Assembly: GCA_021848765.1 (NCBI GenBank)
Contig: JAJZTU010000002.1
Location: forward strand, 1 to 49,831
Length of the DNA stretch: 49,831 nucleotides
Direction: 5' to 3'
From: Bacillota bacterium
Lineage (GTDB): Bacteria; Bacillota; GCA-003054495; Carboxydocellales; JAJZTU01
A program made the translations under genes and the position numbers. Shown here in pieces: positions 7,078 to 16,873 of this stretch (positions within the stretch are counted from its first letter, which is position 1; each line of letters begins with the position of its first letter). Under the pieces are notes generated by a model, which was given only the letters and a program-made list of their open reading frames with translations, was not told the DNA's origin and did no database searches.

Positions 7078-8510
7078 CGTACTCCCTGGGGAGTATCTTC
7101 CATGACAACCCCCAGCTTGCCAAGCTCATCCCTGATCTTGTCTGCAGTAGCCCAATCCTTATTAACCCTTGCTTCCTGGCGGATGGAGATAATCAACTCC
7201 ATTAACCCGTCAGTTAAACCGTCATCTCCTGCCGCTATAACCTGAGTCTGCTCAAACAAGCCTAACACTTTCCCAAGTCTGAGGAGAGTCCCCCTGGCTT
7301 GGTCCAAAGCCGCCCCATCCTCAAGAGACAACGCTTGTCCCTTCAGATTGCTGATATAGGTATTAATTTCCCTGGCCAATTCAAAAAGCGCCGCAGCAGC
7401 CAGAGCGGTATTAAAATCATCATCCATAGCTTCCTGGAACCTGGCAGCGGCCTCTTTACCAGCCTGGCTCAAGGGCGTTAGATCATCCTGCCCCGGATGC
7501 GGGCCGGGCCAACCCTTGAGGACCGCTTCTACAGAAGCCAGGGTGTTTTTCAAGCGTTCCAGAGCCTTTTGACTCTCTTCCAGCTTACCGTCGTGAAAGT
7601 CCAGAGGACTCCGGTAATGGGTGGACAGCATAAAGAAGCGTACTACCTCAGGATTGTATTTGGCTAAAATCTCCCGCACAGTAAAGAAGTTGCCGAGGGA
7701 TTTCGACATCTTTTCTTGATTAACAGTGATAAAGCCGTTGTGCATCCAGTAACGGGCAACGGGCCTGCCGTCAGAGTACGCCTCTGACTGGGCAATTTCG
7801 TTTTCGTGGTGAGGAAAGATAAGGTCAAAACCACCACCGTGGATATCAAAGCTCTCACCCAAATACGTTAAGGACATCACCGAACATTCGATGTGCCAGC
7901 CCGGCCTTCCCGGCCCCCAAGGGCTGTTCCAGGAAGGTTCACCTGGCTTGGCGCTCTTCCAGAGAGCAAAATCCATTGGGTCCTGTTTGCGTTCATCCAC
8001 TTCCACCCTGGCCCCGGCCTGCATATCATCCAGAGAACGCCCGGAAAGCTTGCCATAGCCGGCGAATTTTTTCACCGAATAATAGACATCCCCTTCAACC
8101 ACATAGGCGTAGCCTTTGGCAATCAGGCCTTTAATCATCTCGATGATTTCCGGAATATGCTCACTGACCTTGGGATGGACAGTGGCCTCCCGCACGCCTA
8201 GGGCCCGGGAGTCCCGGAAATACTCTTCAATATACTTAGCTGCCAGGCTCAGGGCATCTGTTTTCTCTTCCAAAGCCCTGTTGATTATCTTATCGTCAAT
8301 ATCAGTAAAATTCTGGACGTAATTCACTTCAAATCCCCGGTACTCCAAATAACGGCGCACAGTATCGAACACAATCAGCGGCCGGGCATTTCCCAGGTGA
8401 ATAAAGTTATAGGTGGTCGGCCCACACACATACATGCTGACCTTGCCGGCATCCCTGGGCTTAAAACTTTCCTTCTGCTTTGTCAAAGTATTGTACAGCT
8501 TTAAGGTCAC
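7059..8510 (-). CDS. cysS: cysteine--tRNA ligase
   Basis: Class I HIGH ([10 protein letters not shown]) and KMSKS (EKMSKSLGN) motifs are present. The conserved N-terminus (M)TLKLYNTLT begins at the GTG at 8510, which follows AAGGAGG plus an 8-nt spacer. The ORF-track start at 8558 lies inside cysE. Confidence 0.95.
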   Translation of the reverse strand: MTLKLYNTLTKQKESFKPRDAGKVSMYVCGPTTYNFIHLGNARPLIVFDTVRRYLEYRGFEVNYVQNFTDIDDKIINRALEEKTDALSLAAKYIEEYFRDSRALGVREATVHPKVSEHIPEIIEMIKGLIAKGYAYVVEGDVYYSVKKFAGYGKLSGRSLDDMQAGARVEVDERKQDPMDFALWKSAKPGEPSWNSPWGPGRPGWHIECSVMSLTYLGESFDIHGGGFDLIFPHHENEIAQSEAYSDGRPVARYWMHNGFITVNQEKMSKSLGNFFTVREILAKYNPEVVRFFMLSTHYRSPLDFHDGKLEESQKALERLKNTLASVEAVLKGWPGPHPGQDDLTPLSQAGKEAAARFQEAMDDDFNTALAAAALFELAREINTYISNLKGQALSLEDGAALDQARGTLLRLGKVLGLFEQTQVIAAGDDGLTDGLMELIISIRQEARVNKDWATADKIRDELGKLGVVMEDTPQGVRWKRRN

Positions 8511-9168
8511 TACTTCGTCCTCCTTCCAACTCGCTAATCCGCTGCTCAAGCCGTTCAACTTTGCGCTGCAGGCAGAGAATCATCTCTGCTACCGGATCGG
8601 GCACTTGGTCATGCTTTAAGTCCACAGCCTCTCCGGTGTTGTTTACTGTTATTCCGTCCCGGACTACCACCTTGCCGGGAACACCCACTACAGTTGATTT
8701 TGGCGGCACGGGTTTTACTACTACCGAACCGGCCCCAATCTTGGAGTCATCTCCCACCTTGAAGGAACCCAAAACCTTGGCCCCTGCACTAATTACTACG
8801 TTATTACCAATGGTCGGGTGACGCTTCCCTTTTTCTTTGCCTGTACCTCCCAAGGTTACCCCCTGGTAGATGGTAACATTATCACCAATTTCTGCAGTCT
8901 CGCCGATTACCACCCCGGAGCCATGGTCAATAAAAAGGCCCTCTCCTATCTTAGCCCCTGGGTGAATTTCTATGCCGGTGGCAAAGCGGGAAATTTGGGA
9001 TATCAATCTGGCCAGGACCATCCAGTTTCTCTTGTAAAAACTATGGGCCACCCGATGCAGCAAAATAGCGTGAAAACCAGGGTAACACAGGATGACTTCC
9101 AGAACACTCTTGGCAGCCGGATCGCGTTCAAAGATAACCCGGATGTCCCGCTTGAGCCTGTTAAACAT
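8461..9168 (-). CDS. cysE: serine O-acetyltransferase
   Basis: Starts [19 protein letters not shown]... and carries hexapeptide-repeat LbH blocks ([31 protein letters not shown]). The ATG is at 9168. The 3' end overlaps cysS by 50 nt. Confidence 0.93.
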   Translation of the reverse strand: MFNRLKRDIRVIFERDPAAKSVLEVILCYPGFHAILLHRVAHSFYKRNWMVLARLISQISRFATGIEIHPGAKIGEGLFIDHGSGVVIGETAEIGDNVTIYQGVTLGGTGKEKGKRHPTIGNNVVISAGAKVLGSFKVGDDSKIGAGSVVVKPVPPKSTVVGVPGKVVVRDGITVNNTGEAVDLKHDQVPDPVAEMILCLQRKVERLEQRISELEGGRSSDLKAVQYFDKAEGKF

Positions 9169-9210
9169 GTCTATCCCCCCAATTATTCTCAAACAGCCGG
9201 CTTGGAAAAT

Positions 9211-9490
9211 GAATAAATTAAACCCCCGTCTCTGGTCAGAGACGGAGGTTATCCGCGGTTCCACTCTGGTTGGATCATTAAGACCCCTCTCAGGAGGGAG
9301 ACAGTTAGGCACAGCTCCCCTAAACGGCTGTAACGGGCCTCCCGGCCAGGCCTACTGTCTTCAGCTTGGCAACTCCCAGGTGCACTTTCAGTCAAAACCG
9401 TTCCCAGGACTGCTTTCAGCCTGGGCAGTCCCTCTCTGATGGCGGAATTGACCTACTCTTCCCTTTCCTCGTTCTTATGCTATAGAATTA
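9211..9490 (-). promoter_or_regulatory. T-box leader (Cys specifier) controlling cysE-cysS
   Basis: All on the minus strand. An AGAGA box (ATCAGAGAGG) is present. A specifier-like GAAAG-UGC-A has its UGC at 9382-9384. The T-box core AGAGTGGAACCGCGG lies at 9251-9270. The terminator CCTCCGTCTCTGACCAGAGACGGGGG plus TTTAATTTATT occupies 9211-9248. Confidence 0.78.
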
Positions 9491-9496
9491 CTTTCA

Positions 9497-9525
9497 ATTA
9501 TACACAGGACGAATTAGTGTGTCAA
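9497..9525 (-). promoter_or_regulatory. consensus sigma-A promoter TTGACA-17-TATAAT for the T-box/cysE-cysS unit
   Basis: The -35 is at 9520-9525 and the -10 at 9497-9502. Both hexamers are perfect. Confidence 0.75.
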
Positions 9526-9587
9526 CGTAATCCAGTCCCGCCTTTAAGGTACTTATTGACCTGTTCTTTACCAGTCGCAGCCCCACC

Positions 9588-11060
9588 CTAAAGGTTGGCC
9601 ATGGTAGCAGAGATTCTTTTGGCGATGCGTTCCTTGCCCAGAATAGGGATCATGTAGAAGAGCTCAGGTCCGTGGGTCTGGCCGGTCAGGGCAACCCTAA
9701 TAGGCATGTACACCTTCTTGCCTCCGAGCTTTAGCTCCTTGGTCAGTGACTTGAGGAGGGCTTTTACACTCCCTTCGTCTACCACCGGCATTGCGGCCAG
9801 TTTGTCCTGAAACGCGTCCAGGACTTGAGGCACTTGTTCTTCCCTGAGGATTTCGCGGGCTTCCTCGCTTTCGAACCGGATATCGTCATGGAAAAAAATT
9901 CCCACATGTTCGGTAATTTGGGCTACATAGGCAAGGTGCTCCTGCACTGATTTGACCATGAGAGTTAACCACTTGTATTTATCCGGAGAATTAGCCGGAG
10001 TAATTTCACCCTCAACATAGCCCGCCTCCCTCAGAAAAGGGATAGCCAGGTCAACGATCCGCTCCGCCGGGCTTTGGCGAATATAGTAGCCATTAATCCA
10101 GTTCAGCTTATCCAAATCAAACACCGCCGGGTTTTTGGCCACCCGGTCCAGAGAAAACTGCTCGATTAACCGGTCAACGCTGAAGATTTCTTCTTCCCCG
10201 ACCGGCGACCAGCCCAAAAGGACTAAAAAGTTAATCAGGGCCTCCGGCAAGTATCCCTTGCTGCGGTATTGTTCCACAGCGGTCGAGCCATGGCGCTTGC
10301 TCATCTTAGAGCGGTCCTTGCCCAAAATGAGGGAAACATGGGCAAAGTCCGGGCCTTTCAGCCCCAGAGCCTGGTAAAGCAGAATTTGCCGGGGAGTGTT
10401 CGAGAGATGCTCTTCTCCCCGCACGACATGAGTAATCTTCATTGTACTGTCATCAATAACAACAGCAAAGTTATAGGTAGGGATTCCATCAGACTTGACA
10501 ATTACAAAATCGCCCATGCCACTGCTCTCGAACTTAACCTCACCGCGCACCAAGTCGTTTACCACTATGGTCTGGTCATCGGGAACCCGGAAACGCACTA
10601 CCGGCTTACGCCCCTCGGCGACCAGACGCTCCCGGCCGGCAGTTGTCAGGTTCCGGCACTTGCCCAGATAGCGCGGGGTCTCGTTCTTGGCCAGCAGGGC
10701 CTCCCGTTCAGCCTCCAGTTCCTCTTCGGTACAATAACAGTAATAGGCACTTCCGTTGGCCAAAAGCCTGTCCGTGGCCTCCCGGTAAAGGGGCAACCTC
10801 TCTGTCTGGCGGTAGGGGCCATAATCGCCACCTGCAGCAATCCCTTCATCCCAATCCAGACCTAACCAGCGCAATGAATCCAGGATGTTTTCCTCCGACT
10901 CCCGGCTGGACCTTTCCAAATCGGTGTCCTCAATGCGCACAATCATTTGCCCGCCTAATTTGCGGGCCAGAAGCCAGTTAAAAAGGGCGGAACGAGCGCC
11001 CCCAATATGTAACGGCCCGGTGGGACTGGGAGCAAACCGGACCCTGAGCTTTCCATCCAT
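9588..11060 (-). CDS. gltX: glutamate--tRNA ligase
   Basis: Starts [29 protein letters not shown] (HIGH motif) and has KMSKRHG (KMSKS motif). The ATG at 11060 follows GAGGAGG. The ORF-track start at 11096 is unsupported. Confidence 0.95.
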   Translation of the reverse strand: MDGKLRVRFAPSPTGPLHIGGARSALFNWLLARKLGGQMIVRIEDTDLERSSRESEENILDSLRWLGLDWDEGIAAGGDYGPYRQTERLPLYREATDRLLANGSAYYCYCTEEELEAEREALLAKNETPRYLGKCRNLTTAGRERLVAEGRKPVVRFRVPDDQTIVVNDLVRGEVKFESSGMGDFVIVKSDGIPTYNFAVVIDDSTMKITHVVRGEEHLSNTPRQILLYQALGLKGPDFAHVSLILGKDRSKMSKRHGSTAVEQYRSKGYLPEALINFLVLLGWSPVGEEEIFSVDRLIEQFSLDRVAKNPAVFDLDKLNWINGYYIRQSPAERIVDLAIPFLREAGYVEGEITPANSPDKYKWLTLMVKSVQEHLAYVAQITEHVGIFFHDDIRFESEEAREILREEQVPQVLDAFQDKLAAMPVVDEGSVKALLKSLTKELKLGGKKVYMPIRVALTGQTHGPELFYMIPILGKERIAKRISATMANL

Positions 11061-11143
11061 CAATGGTACCTCCTCATTTAATCTGTCAAATCGCAACTAT
11101 TATATCAAATATATACCAGACGTGGCAACCGTTAGCCCAAACG

Positions 11144-12043
11144 TTACTTCCCTGCACTGGCGCCACCTTTGAAGATAGCCATAATCTGGTTGATAAACCC
11201 CAGGATGGCAGTCCAAAGCTTGTCCAGAATGCCTTTGGCCTGTTCCTGTTTCTCCAGGACCAGATTAATCTTCTCCTGAATTCCGGCAAGCTGGCCACGA
11301 AACTCTTCAATACTGACAGGGGTCTTACTGATGCGGACCATCAACTCGACAATTCTGTCAATCTGGTCAGCACTTAAATTGATATTCAGCTGTCCGGCGA
11401 TGTTAATGACAACAGACTTAATTTCCTCCGGGCTGGTGAGCTTGTTCTGCAAGACTTTTTCTTTAACCAGCACTATTAACTTAGTGGCTTTGTCCTTATC
11501 CTGAATCTGCTGGCCCAGTTCACCGGTGCGGACCAGTTCTTCATGGGCTGCCTGTTTGCGTTCCTCGGAAAGCTTAGTCCCGGTAGCGGTTTCAAAAGCC
11601 TTAAACACCCCGGTCAAAGCCGCCGTGCCTGAAACAGGGAAGGGGGCTGCTGCGATAACTTTGGCATCTTTGACTCCGGCAGTGATTAGGGCGTTGGAAT
11701 ACATGGCTCCGGTTACCCAAGTGATGTTGTAGGTTTCAGCGCTTACCCCACGTCCTGCCGGAAGCAGTTCTACGTAGGCTGAAGAAATCGACCTGGTCCC
11801 TATAACATTTTCCGGGACCAAGCCTTTTAAATACCGTTTTTCTTCTGCATTGGAGACCTCTACCTTAGTTACCGCGCCTGCCGTATTAGCTGTAATCCCA
11901 AACACCCGTAACATAGCGTCTTTTTGCTCTTGGTTCAAGTCCGCCCCAAAGGTCACTACCTGACCGGCGGCGCCCCAGGCCAAAGAAACCGTTGCCGGCA
12001 TTATCATCCACAAAAAGAGCAGCGTTAAGCGAAATAATCTCAT
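11144..12043 (-). CDS. secreted DUF1002-like (YpuA-like) protein
   Basis: 299 aa. An N-terminal signal peptide (MRLFRLTLLFLWMIMPATVSLAWG) is followed by GADLNQEQKDAMLRVFG and a repeated helical region. The family call is from memory of YpuA-type proteins. Confidence 0.6.
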   Translation of the reverse strand: MRLFRLTLLFLWMIMPATVSLAWGAAGQVVTFGADLNQEQKDAMLRVFGITANTAGAVTKVEVSNAEEKRYLKGLVPENVIGTRSISSAYVELLPAGRGVSAETYNITWVTGAMYSNALITAGVKDAKVIAAAPFPVSGTAALTGVFKAFETATGTKLSEERKQAAHEELVRTGELGQQIQDKDKATKLIVLVKEKVLQNKLTSPEEIKSVVINIAGQLNINLSADQIDRIVELMVRISKTPVSIEEFRGQLAGIQEKINLVLEKQEQAKGILDKLWTAILGFINQIMAIFKGGASAGK

Positions 12044-12107
12044 TTATCCAAGCCTCCTTCGTGATTTTTCCCCGGTAGTATATGTACTTTTCCACATTTT
12101 CAATACT

Positions 12108-12581
12108 CTACCTGGGAAGAACACTTACAACAGCATAGGCCGCAATCCCCTCTCCTGTGCCGGTAAAGCCCAGGCCCTCTGTTGTGGTAGCCTTGACATT
12201 GACCTGGCCTTCCTCCACCCCCATCACCCGGGCGATGTTGCTAACCATCCCGGGTATATAGGGTGCCAACTTGGGCTTTTGCGCCACTATCACAGCATCC
12301 AGGTTGTTTAAGGCATACCCTTTGTCAGCAATAATATCCCTGACCCTTTCTAACAAAACCAGACTGGAAATACCTTTATAGCTAGGATCACTGTCCGGAA
12401 AATGCTTTCCTATATCCCCTGCACCCACTGCTCCAAGCAGGGCATCTTTGATAGCATGAAGCAGCACATCAGCATCAGAATGTCCCAATAACCCCAGGTG
12501 GTAAGGTACTTCTACGCCACCCAAAATCAGTTCTCTGCCTTCCACCAGCCGGTGAACATCATAACCAATACCAACCCTCAC
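12108..12581 (-). CDS. ispF: 2-C-methyl-D-erythritol 2,4-cyclodiphosphate synthase
   Basis: [12 protein letters not shown]...[18 protein letters not shown]...GDIG is the canonical IspF sequence. Confidence 0.97.
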   Translation of the reverse strand: MRVGIGYDVHRLVEGRELILGGVEVPYHLGLLGHSDADVLLHAIKDALLGAVGAGDIGKHFPDSDPSYKGISSLVLLERVRDIIADKGYALNNLDAVIVAQKPKLAPYIPGMVSNIARVMGVEEGQVNVKATTTEGLGFTGTGEGIAAYAVVSVLPR

Positions 12582-12625
12582 AGCACTCTCTCCTTCCTGA
12601 AATGCAATCAGCGGCTGTGATTACT

Positions 12626-13336
12626 TTATCCATCCGAATCAAGTCTGCCCTTGAGAATGGCTTCTCCCAGCAGCAAGTCCTCAGGGGTAGTAATCTTGAT
12701 GTTTTCATAGGAACCTTGAACCAGCTTAACCTTGCGTCCAATATATTCTACAAGGGATGCATCATCCGTCCCCAAAAATCCGTCAGTTGCCGCCTGTTGA
12801 TGAGCTTCCAGGATCAAACTATAACGAAAAACCTGGGGAGTCTGGATTTGCCAGAGCCGGCTGCGGTCCGGGGTGCCGGCTACAATACCGTCCGGCCCGG
12901 CCTCCTTAATAGTATCCTTGACCGGAACTGCCGCAACCGCAGCGCCCATGGCCAGCGCCTGATCCACAGCCTTGTCGATGATACCGGCGGTTAAGAAGGG
13001 CCTGGCCCCATCATGAATGAGCACTAACCCTGTATCTGCAGGCAGAGCCTTAATACCGTTGAAAACAGAATGCTGGCGCTCCTTGCCCCCAGCTACAATC
13101 CTTAACACTTTTCTCAGTTGATATTTTTCAACAATCTCAGTTCGGCAAAATTCCCGTTCCCCATCCCGGCAGACAATAATCATCCCCTCCACTCTGGGGT
13201 GATTCTCTAACACCGTCAGGGTGTGCACTAAAATGGGCAACCCGGCCAAGCAGAGAAACTGCTTATTGACCTGATTGCCCATACGTTTACCCTGTCCGGC
13301 TGCCGGGATGATTGCCACGATCTTATCCAATGGCAT
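12626..13336 (-). CDS. ispD: 2-C-methyl-D-erythritol 4-phosphate cytidylyltransferase
   Basis: VAIIPAAGQGKRMG...KQFL is the IspD N-terminal signature. It is paired with ispF. Its start overlaps the yacL stop by 14 nt. Confidence 0.95.
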   Translation of the reverse strand: MPLDKIVAIIPAAGQGKRMGNQVNKQFLCLAGLPILVHTLTVLENHPRVEGMIIVCRDGEREFCRTEIVEKYQLRKVLRIVAGGKERQHSVFNGIKALPADTGLVLIHDGARPFLTAGIIDKAVDQALAMGAAVAAVPVKDTIKEAGPDGIVAGTPDRSRLWQIQTPQVFRYSLILEAHQQAATDGFLGTDDASLVEYIGRKVKLVQGSYENIKITTPEDLLLGEAILKGRLDSDG

Positions 13337-14468
13337 TCACCTCATTTAATTGACGCTGTCCGGACTGTTCCGCTTTCTTGTCTGCGAGTTTAGGTTTAGC
13401 AAAAATCATCCGTCCGGCTGCAGTTTGCAGGACACTGGTTACCAGTACACCTATAGTCTGTCCGATATATTTCTTGCCGCTGTCAACAACTATCATTGTA
13501 CCGTCATCCAGGTAGGCTACACCTTGACCAACTTCCTTGCCGTCTTTAACCACCTGGACTACCATCTCTTCCCCGGGCAGCACCACCGGTTTAACTGCAT
13601 TGGCCAGTTCATTGATATTTAGCACACATACTCCCTGAAGCTCAGCAACTTTGTTCAGGTTAAAATCATTGGTTACAATTTTACCTTCCATAAGCTGAGC
13701 GAGTTTTACTAATTTGGAATCCACCTCGGCCACATCTTCAAAATCTTTATCATAAATGTGGACCTTCATCCCGAACTCTTTGCGAATTTTGTTCAAAATA
13801 TCCAGCCCGCGGCGGCCCCGATTACGTTTTAGTAAATCCGACGAATCGGCGATGTGCCGAAGTTCCTCAAGCACAAAACCCGGGATAACCAGGGCTCCTT
13901 CTACAAAGCCACTCTTAACGATGTCAGCTATTCTCCCGTCAATAATTACACTTGTGTCTAATATTTTAGGGTGCAGAAGCTTCTTTGCTTCGGCTTTAGC
14001 AGGCTTTTCTTTGCTAAACCGGGGAAAAATGGAAAATACACTCAGTAACTCTTCCTTTTTCTTAGTTCCCAGGCTTAAGCCCAGATAACCAAATAACATT
14101 GCTCCCACGGATTTAACCAAGGTTCCTACCATAGGAAAACCCGTGAAGGCCTCTCCTAATAAAACAGCAATAATAAGTCCGGCGATCAAACCAATAACTC
14201 CGCTTACGATTTCCTGGATGGGGATCCTCTGCAACCGCTGCTCCAGCCAGGTTACGGTCTGGACAATACGGTTAACCAACCAAGGGGCCAGGAGAATACC
14301 CACAACTACCCCCACAACCAGGCCCAAACCAATAGCAACACTGGGCAGAAGTTTTGGCTCAATCAATGTAAAAGAGTGGAATTTCTCAACAGGGATAAAT
14401 CTCCCTACAAAACCTCCCGCTCCGGTGAGGATGAGAATAACCATAATGCGCAGGATTCTAATGACCAT
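13323..14468 (-). CDS. yacL: membrane-anchored PIN/TRAM-domain protein (YacL family)
   Basis: 381 aa. N-terminal TM helices are followed by a PIN domain (ILDTSVIIDGRI...LEELRHIADS) and a C-terminal TRAM-like beta domain. It holds the conserved position upstream of ispD. Confidence 0.88.
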   Translation of the reverse strand: MVIRILRIMVILILTGAGGFVGRFIPVEKFHSFTLIEPKLLPSVAIGLGLVVGVVVGILLAPWLVNRIVQTVTWLEQRLQRIPIQEIVSGVIGLIAGLIIAVLLGEAFTGFPMVGTLVKSVGAMLFGYLGLSLGTKKKEELLSVFSIFPRFSKEKPAKAEAKKLLHPKILDTSVIIDGRIADIVKSGFVEGALVIPGFVLEELRHIADSSDLLKRNRGRRGLDILNKIRKEFGMKVHIYDKDFEDVAEVDSKLVKLAQLMEGKIVTNDFNLNKVAELQGVCVLNINELANAVKPVVLPGEEMVVQVVKDGKEVGQGVAYLDDGTMIVVDSGKKYIGQTIGVLVTSVLQTAAGRMIFAKPKLADKKAEQSGQRQLNEVNAIG

Positions 14469-14560
14469 TTTAGATTACTCACCTCCTTTTGCCAATATTT
14501 TAACAGGCACATGGTTAGATTATACAATAGCCCGGAGTAAAAATCCACAGAGAACATAGG

Positions 14561-15031
14561 TTAGCCTAAGACTCTGGCCAGCATTCCTTCAGCGCTTTCA
14601 CCCTCCCTGGCCAAACTCAATTCACTGAGCAGAATTTGGCGGGCTGTATCTAACATTTTTCTTTCCCCTGTTGAGAGGCCTTTTTCCTTCTCCCTCAAGG
14701 AAAGATTCCGCACCACTTCCGCTACCTCAAAAATGTTGCCGCTCTTAATCTTCTCCAGGTGCTGTCTGTAGCGCAGACTCCAATTAGTGGTGACCACATC
14801 GCTACGATCTTGAAGAATAGTGATTACCCGGTCTACCTCCCGGGCATCAATAACCTCTCTCAGGCCCAGATTGGAACCACTGGTAATTGGCACCATTACT
14901 TTCATGTTGCCAATGGGAAGTCTCATAATGTAATACTTGCGTTTTTCTCCCAAGACCTCCTTTTCCTCAATAGCCTCAATTACACCGGCACCGTGCATGG
15001 GGTAAACCACCTTGTCCCCGACACTAAACAC
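14561..15031 (-). CDS. carD: CarD/CdnL-family RNA polymerase-binding transcription factor
   Basis: MFSVGDKVVYPMHGAGVIEAIEEKEVLGEKRKYYIM is a typical CarD_TRCF N-domain. Confidence 0.92.
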   Translation of the reverse strand: MFSVGDKVVYPMHGAGVIEAIEEKEVLGEKRKYYIMRLPIGNMKVMVPITSGSNLGLREVIDAREVDRVITILQDRSDVVTTNWSLRYRQHLEKIKSGNIFEVAEVVRNLSLREKEKGLSTGERKMLDTARQILLSELSLAREGESAEGMLARVLG

Positions 15032-15150
15032 CTGAACCCCCCCTTAATAAAGAAGCTTAGCTTGCGCTAAAGAAAGCTAGGTTAGCACTGAACACCAGTA
15101 AAGTTCCATAGCAGGACAAAGATATTAAGGCATCATGATTGTGCTTTTTT

Positions 15151-15179
15151 ATTATACCATACTATAGGATTAGTGTCAA
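15151..15179 (-). promoter_or_regulatory. consensus sigma-A promoter TTGACA-17-TGGTATAAT for carD
   Basis: The -35 is at 15174-15179 and the -10 at 15151-15156 with a TG extension. Confidence 0.7.
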
Positions 15180-15240
15180 AATTGGATATTATAGCATAGG
15201 GCCAACGTCATGTCAATAGAGAAATAGCCGTCCACTCACA

Positions 15241-15270
15241 TTGACAAGACAGGTTTTCTATCAGTATAAT
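15241..15270 (+). promoter_or_regulatory. sigma-A promoter TTGACA-18-TATAAT for the plus-strand gene 15327-15722
   Basis: Both hexamers are perfect. It is divergent from the carD promoter. Confidence 0.65.
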
Positions 15271-15326
15271 AAGGCTAGAAATACCCCACGGGCACAAGGT
15301 ATCTCAGTGTGAAAGGAGTCCTATTA

Positions 15327-15722
15327 ATGAAAGATTTGCTATGTGATGAATTTCAGAATACTGTCTCAGAACTCCTTATTCGCCACCAAAGTATTCTGGA
15401 CGTTCTTTCCAAGTCGCAGGAAGCATGTGCCCGTACTAACCGCGCAGTGGTCAAAGCCGTTACGAATTGCGGGTGTATCAAGGTCGAAGCATCCAAAAAA
15501 GAGTTTCCGGATGAGGCTTCCCTTGATGATTTGAAGACTATAATGGAATCTCATGTTAAAGGGAGTCTTTGTAAAAACTGCACAGAAATTATCGAAGATG
15601 AATTAGGACGGTCGCTGTTTTATCTGGCCGCCCTCTGCAATCTGCTTAATCTGAACCTTTATGACATCTTCATCAAGGAACAGAAAAAGCTGTCGACGCT
15701 CAGAGTATTTAACTTTAGGTAA
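15327..15722 (+). CDS. small Cys-rich hypothetical protein with a MazG-like C-terminal helix
   Basis: The ATG at 15327 follows AAAGGAG plus a 9-nt spacer. The 131-aa product carries CGC...CKNC. Its C-terminal ELGRSLFYLAALCNLLNLNLYD resembles the MazG/NTP-pyrophosphohydrolase helix. It is the only intact plus-strand gene in the window and is followed by a strong terminator. Confidence 0.6.
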   Translation: MKDLLCDEFQNTVSELLIRHQSILDVLSKSQEACARTNRAVVKAVTNCGCIKVEASKKEFPDEASLDDLKTIMESHVKGSLCKNCTEIIEDELGRSLFYLAALCNLLNLNLYDIFIKEQKKLSTLRVFNFR

Positions 15723-15754
15723 AACCCGTGCAAACATTGACAGTTCCAAGATTT

Positions 15755-15788
15755 AGAGCATGCTGATTTACAGCATGCTCTTTTGTTT
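15755..15788 (+). terminator. rho-independent terminator
   Basis: AGAGCATGCTG-ATTTA-CAGCATGCTCT, an 11-bp perfect stem, followed by TTTGTTT. Confidence 0.85.
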
Positions 15789-15796
15789 ACCGGCCC

Positions 15797-16873
15797 TTAT
15801 GTATGGCGGTCCAACATAATTTGGTCCCGGAATCTGTTCAACCCCTCCTTAATAGCCCTGGCTCTAACTTCACCGATTCCTTCTACCTCGTCCAGTTCCT
15901 CTATAGTGGCCTGAAGTATCTCCTGCAAGGTACCAAAGGTTTGGACCAAGTTTTCAATTACAGGCCAAGGCAGCCTGGGGACTTTATCCAGAATCCGGTA
16001 GCCCCGGGGGCTAACCGGCTGATCCAGGGCGCCCACATTGCCCATAAAACCCAGAGCCCTGCTGATCAGGGACAGGTCCAGCAAGTCCTCTGCAGACCAG
16101 TTACGGATAGTCTGCAAAATCTCTTCCGGAGTCTTTTCATGCAGAATGGTACAGTAGTCCTGAATTATCAGCAACCCTTCCGGTTCAACATCAGTCACCA
16201 GTTCGTCCAACTGCATGCTGACCAGTCGACCCTCAGTACCCAACTCGCTTATATAACGCTCGATTTCCTTGACAATCCGCAGGACCATCTCAGTCCGCTG
16301 GATGGCCTTGGCCACATCATACACTGTAACCATGTCGGCTAATTCCAGTTCACTGAGGTTTACCAAGGCCCTGTCCAGAACCGTCTTGTATTTTTCCAAA
16401 GTCTGCACTGCCTGATTTGCTTTAGCCAGAATTACGCTAATATCCCGGAGCACATATTTCATGGCCCCTTTATAAAGAGTAATCACGCTCCGGCGCTGGG
16501 AAATTGATACTACCATTTCCCCTGTTTGGCGGGCCACCCGCTCTGCAGTCCTGTGCCTAATTCCCGTTTCCACCGAAGGAATTCCCGGATCAGGTATCAG
16601 TTGTGTATTGGCAGCCAAGATTCGTTTGGCATCACTACTTAACACAATTGCCCCATCCATCTTGCCTAGTTCGTAAATACTGGCAGGACTGAACTCGGAG
16701 TTGATTTCAAAGCCGCCCTCTACCAACTCCATCACTTGAGGGCTGTCACCAATTACAATCAGAGCCCCTGTTTTAGCCCGCAGGATATTCTCCAAACCTT
16801 CACGCAGCGGTGTCCCAGGCGCTAAAATCCGCAAGGACTGCATGAATTTATCATCAATTCGCTCCTCTTTCAA
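15797..16873 (-). CDS. disA: DNA integrity scanning protein DisA (diadenylate cyclase)
   Basis: 358 aa. DAC domain blocks ([20 protein letters not shown]) and a C-terminal HhH region are present. It lies immediately downstream of radA. Confidence 0.96.
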   Translation of the reverse strand: MKEERIDDKFMQSLRILAPGTPLREGLENILRAKTGALIVIGDSPQVMELVEGGFEINSEFSPASIYELGKMDGAIVLSSDAKRILAANTQLIPDPGIPSVETGIRHRTAERVARQTGEMVVSISQRRSVITLYKGAMKYVLRDISVILAKANQAVQTLEKYKTVLDRALVNLSELELADMVTVYDVAKAIQRTEMVLRIVKEIERYISELGTEGRLVSMQLDELVTDVEPEGLLIIQDYCTILHEKTPEEILQTIRNWSAEDLLDLSLISRALGFMGNVGALDQPVSPRGYRILDKVPRLPWPVIENLVQTFGTLQEILQATIEELDEVEGIGEVRARAIKEGLNRFRDQIMLDRHT

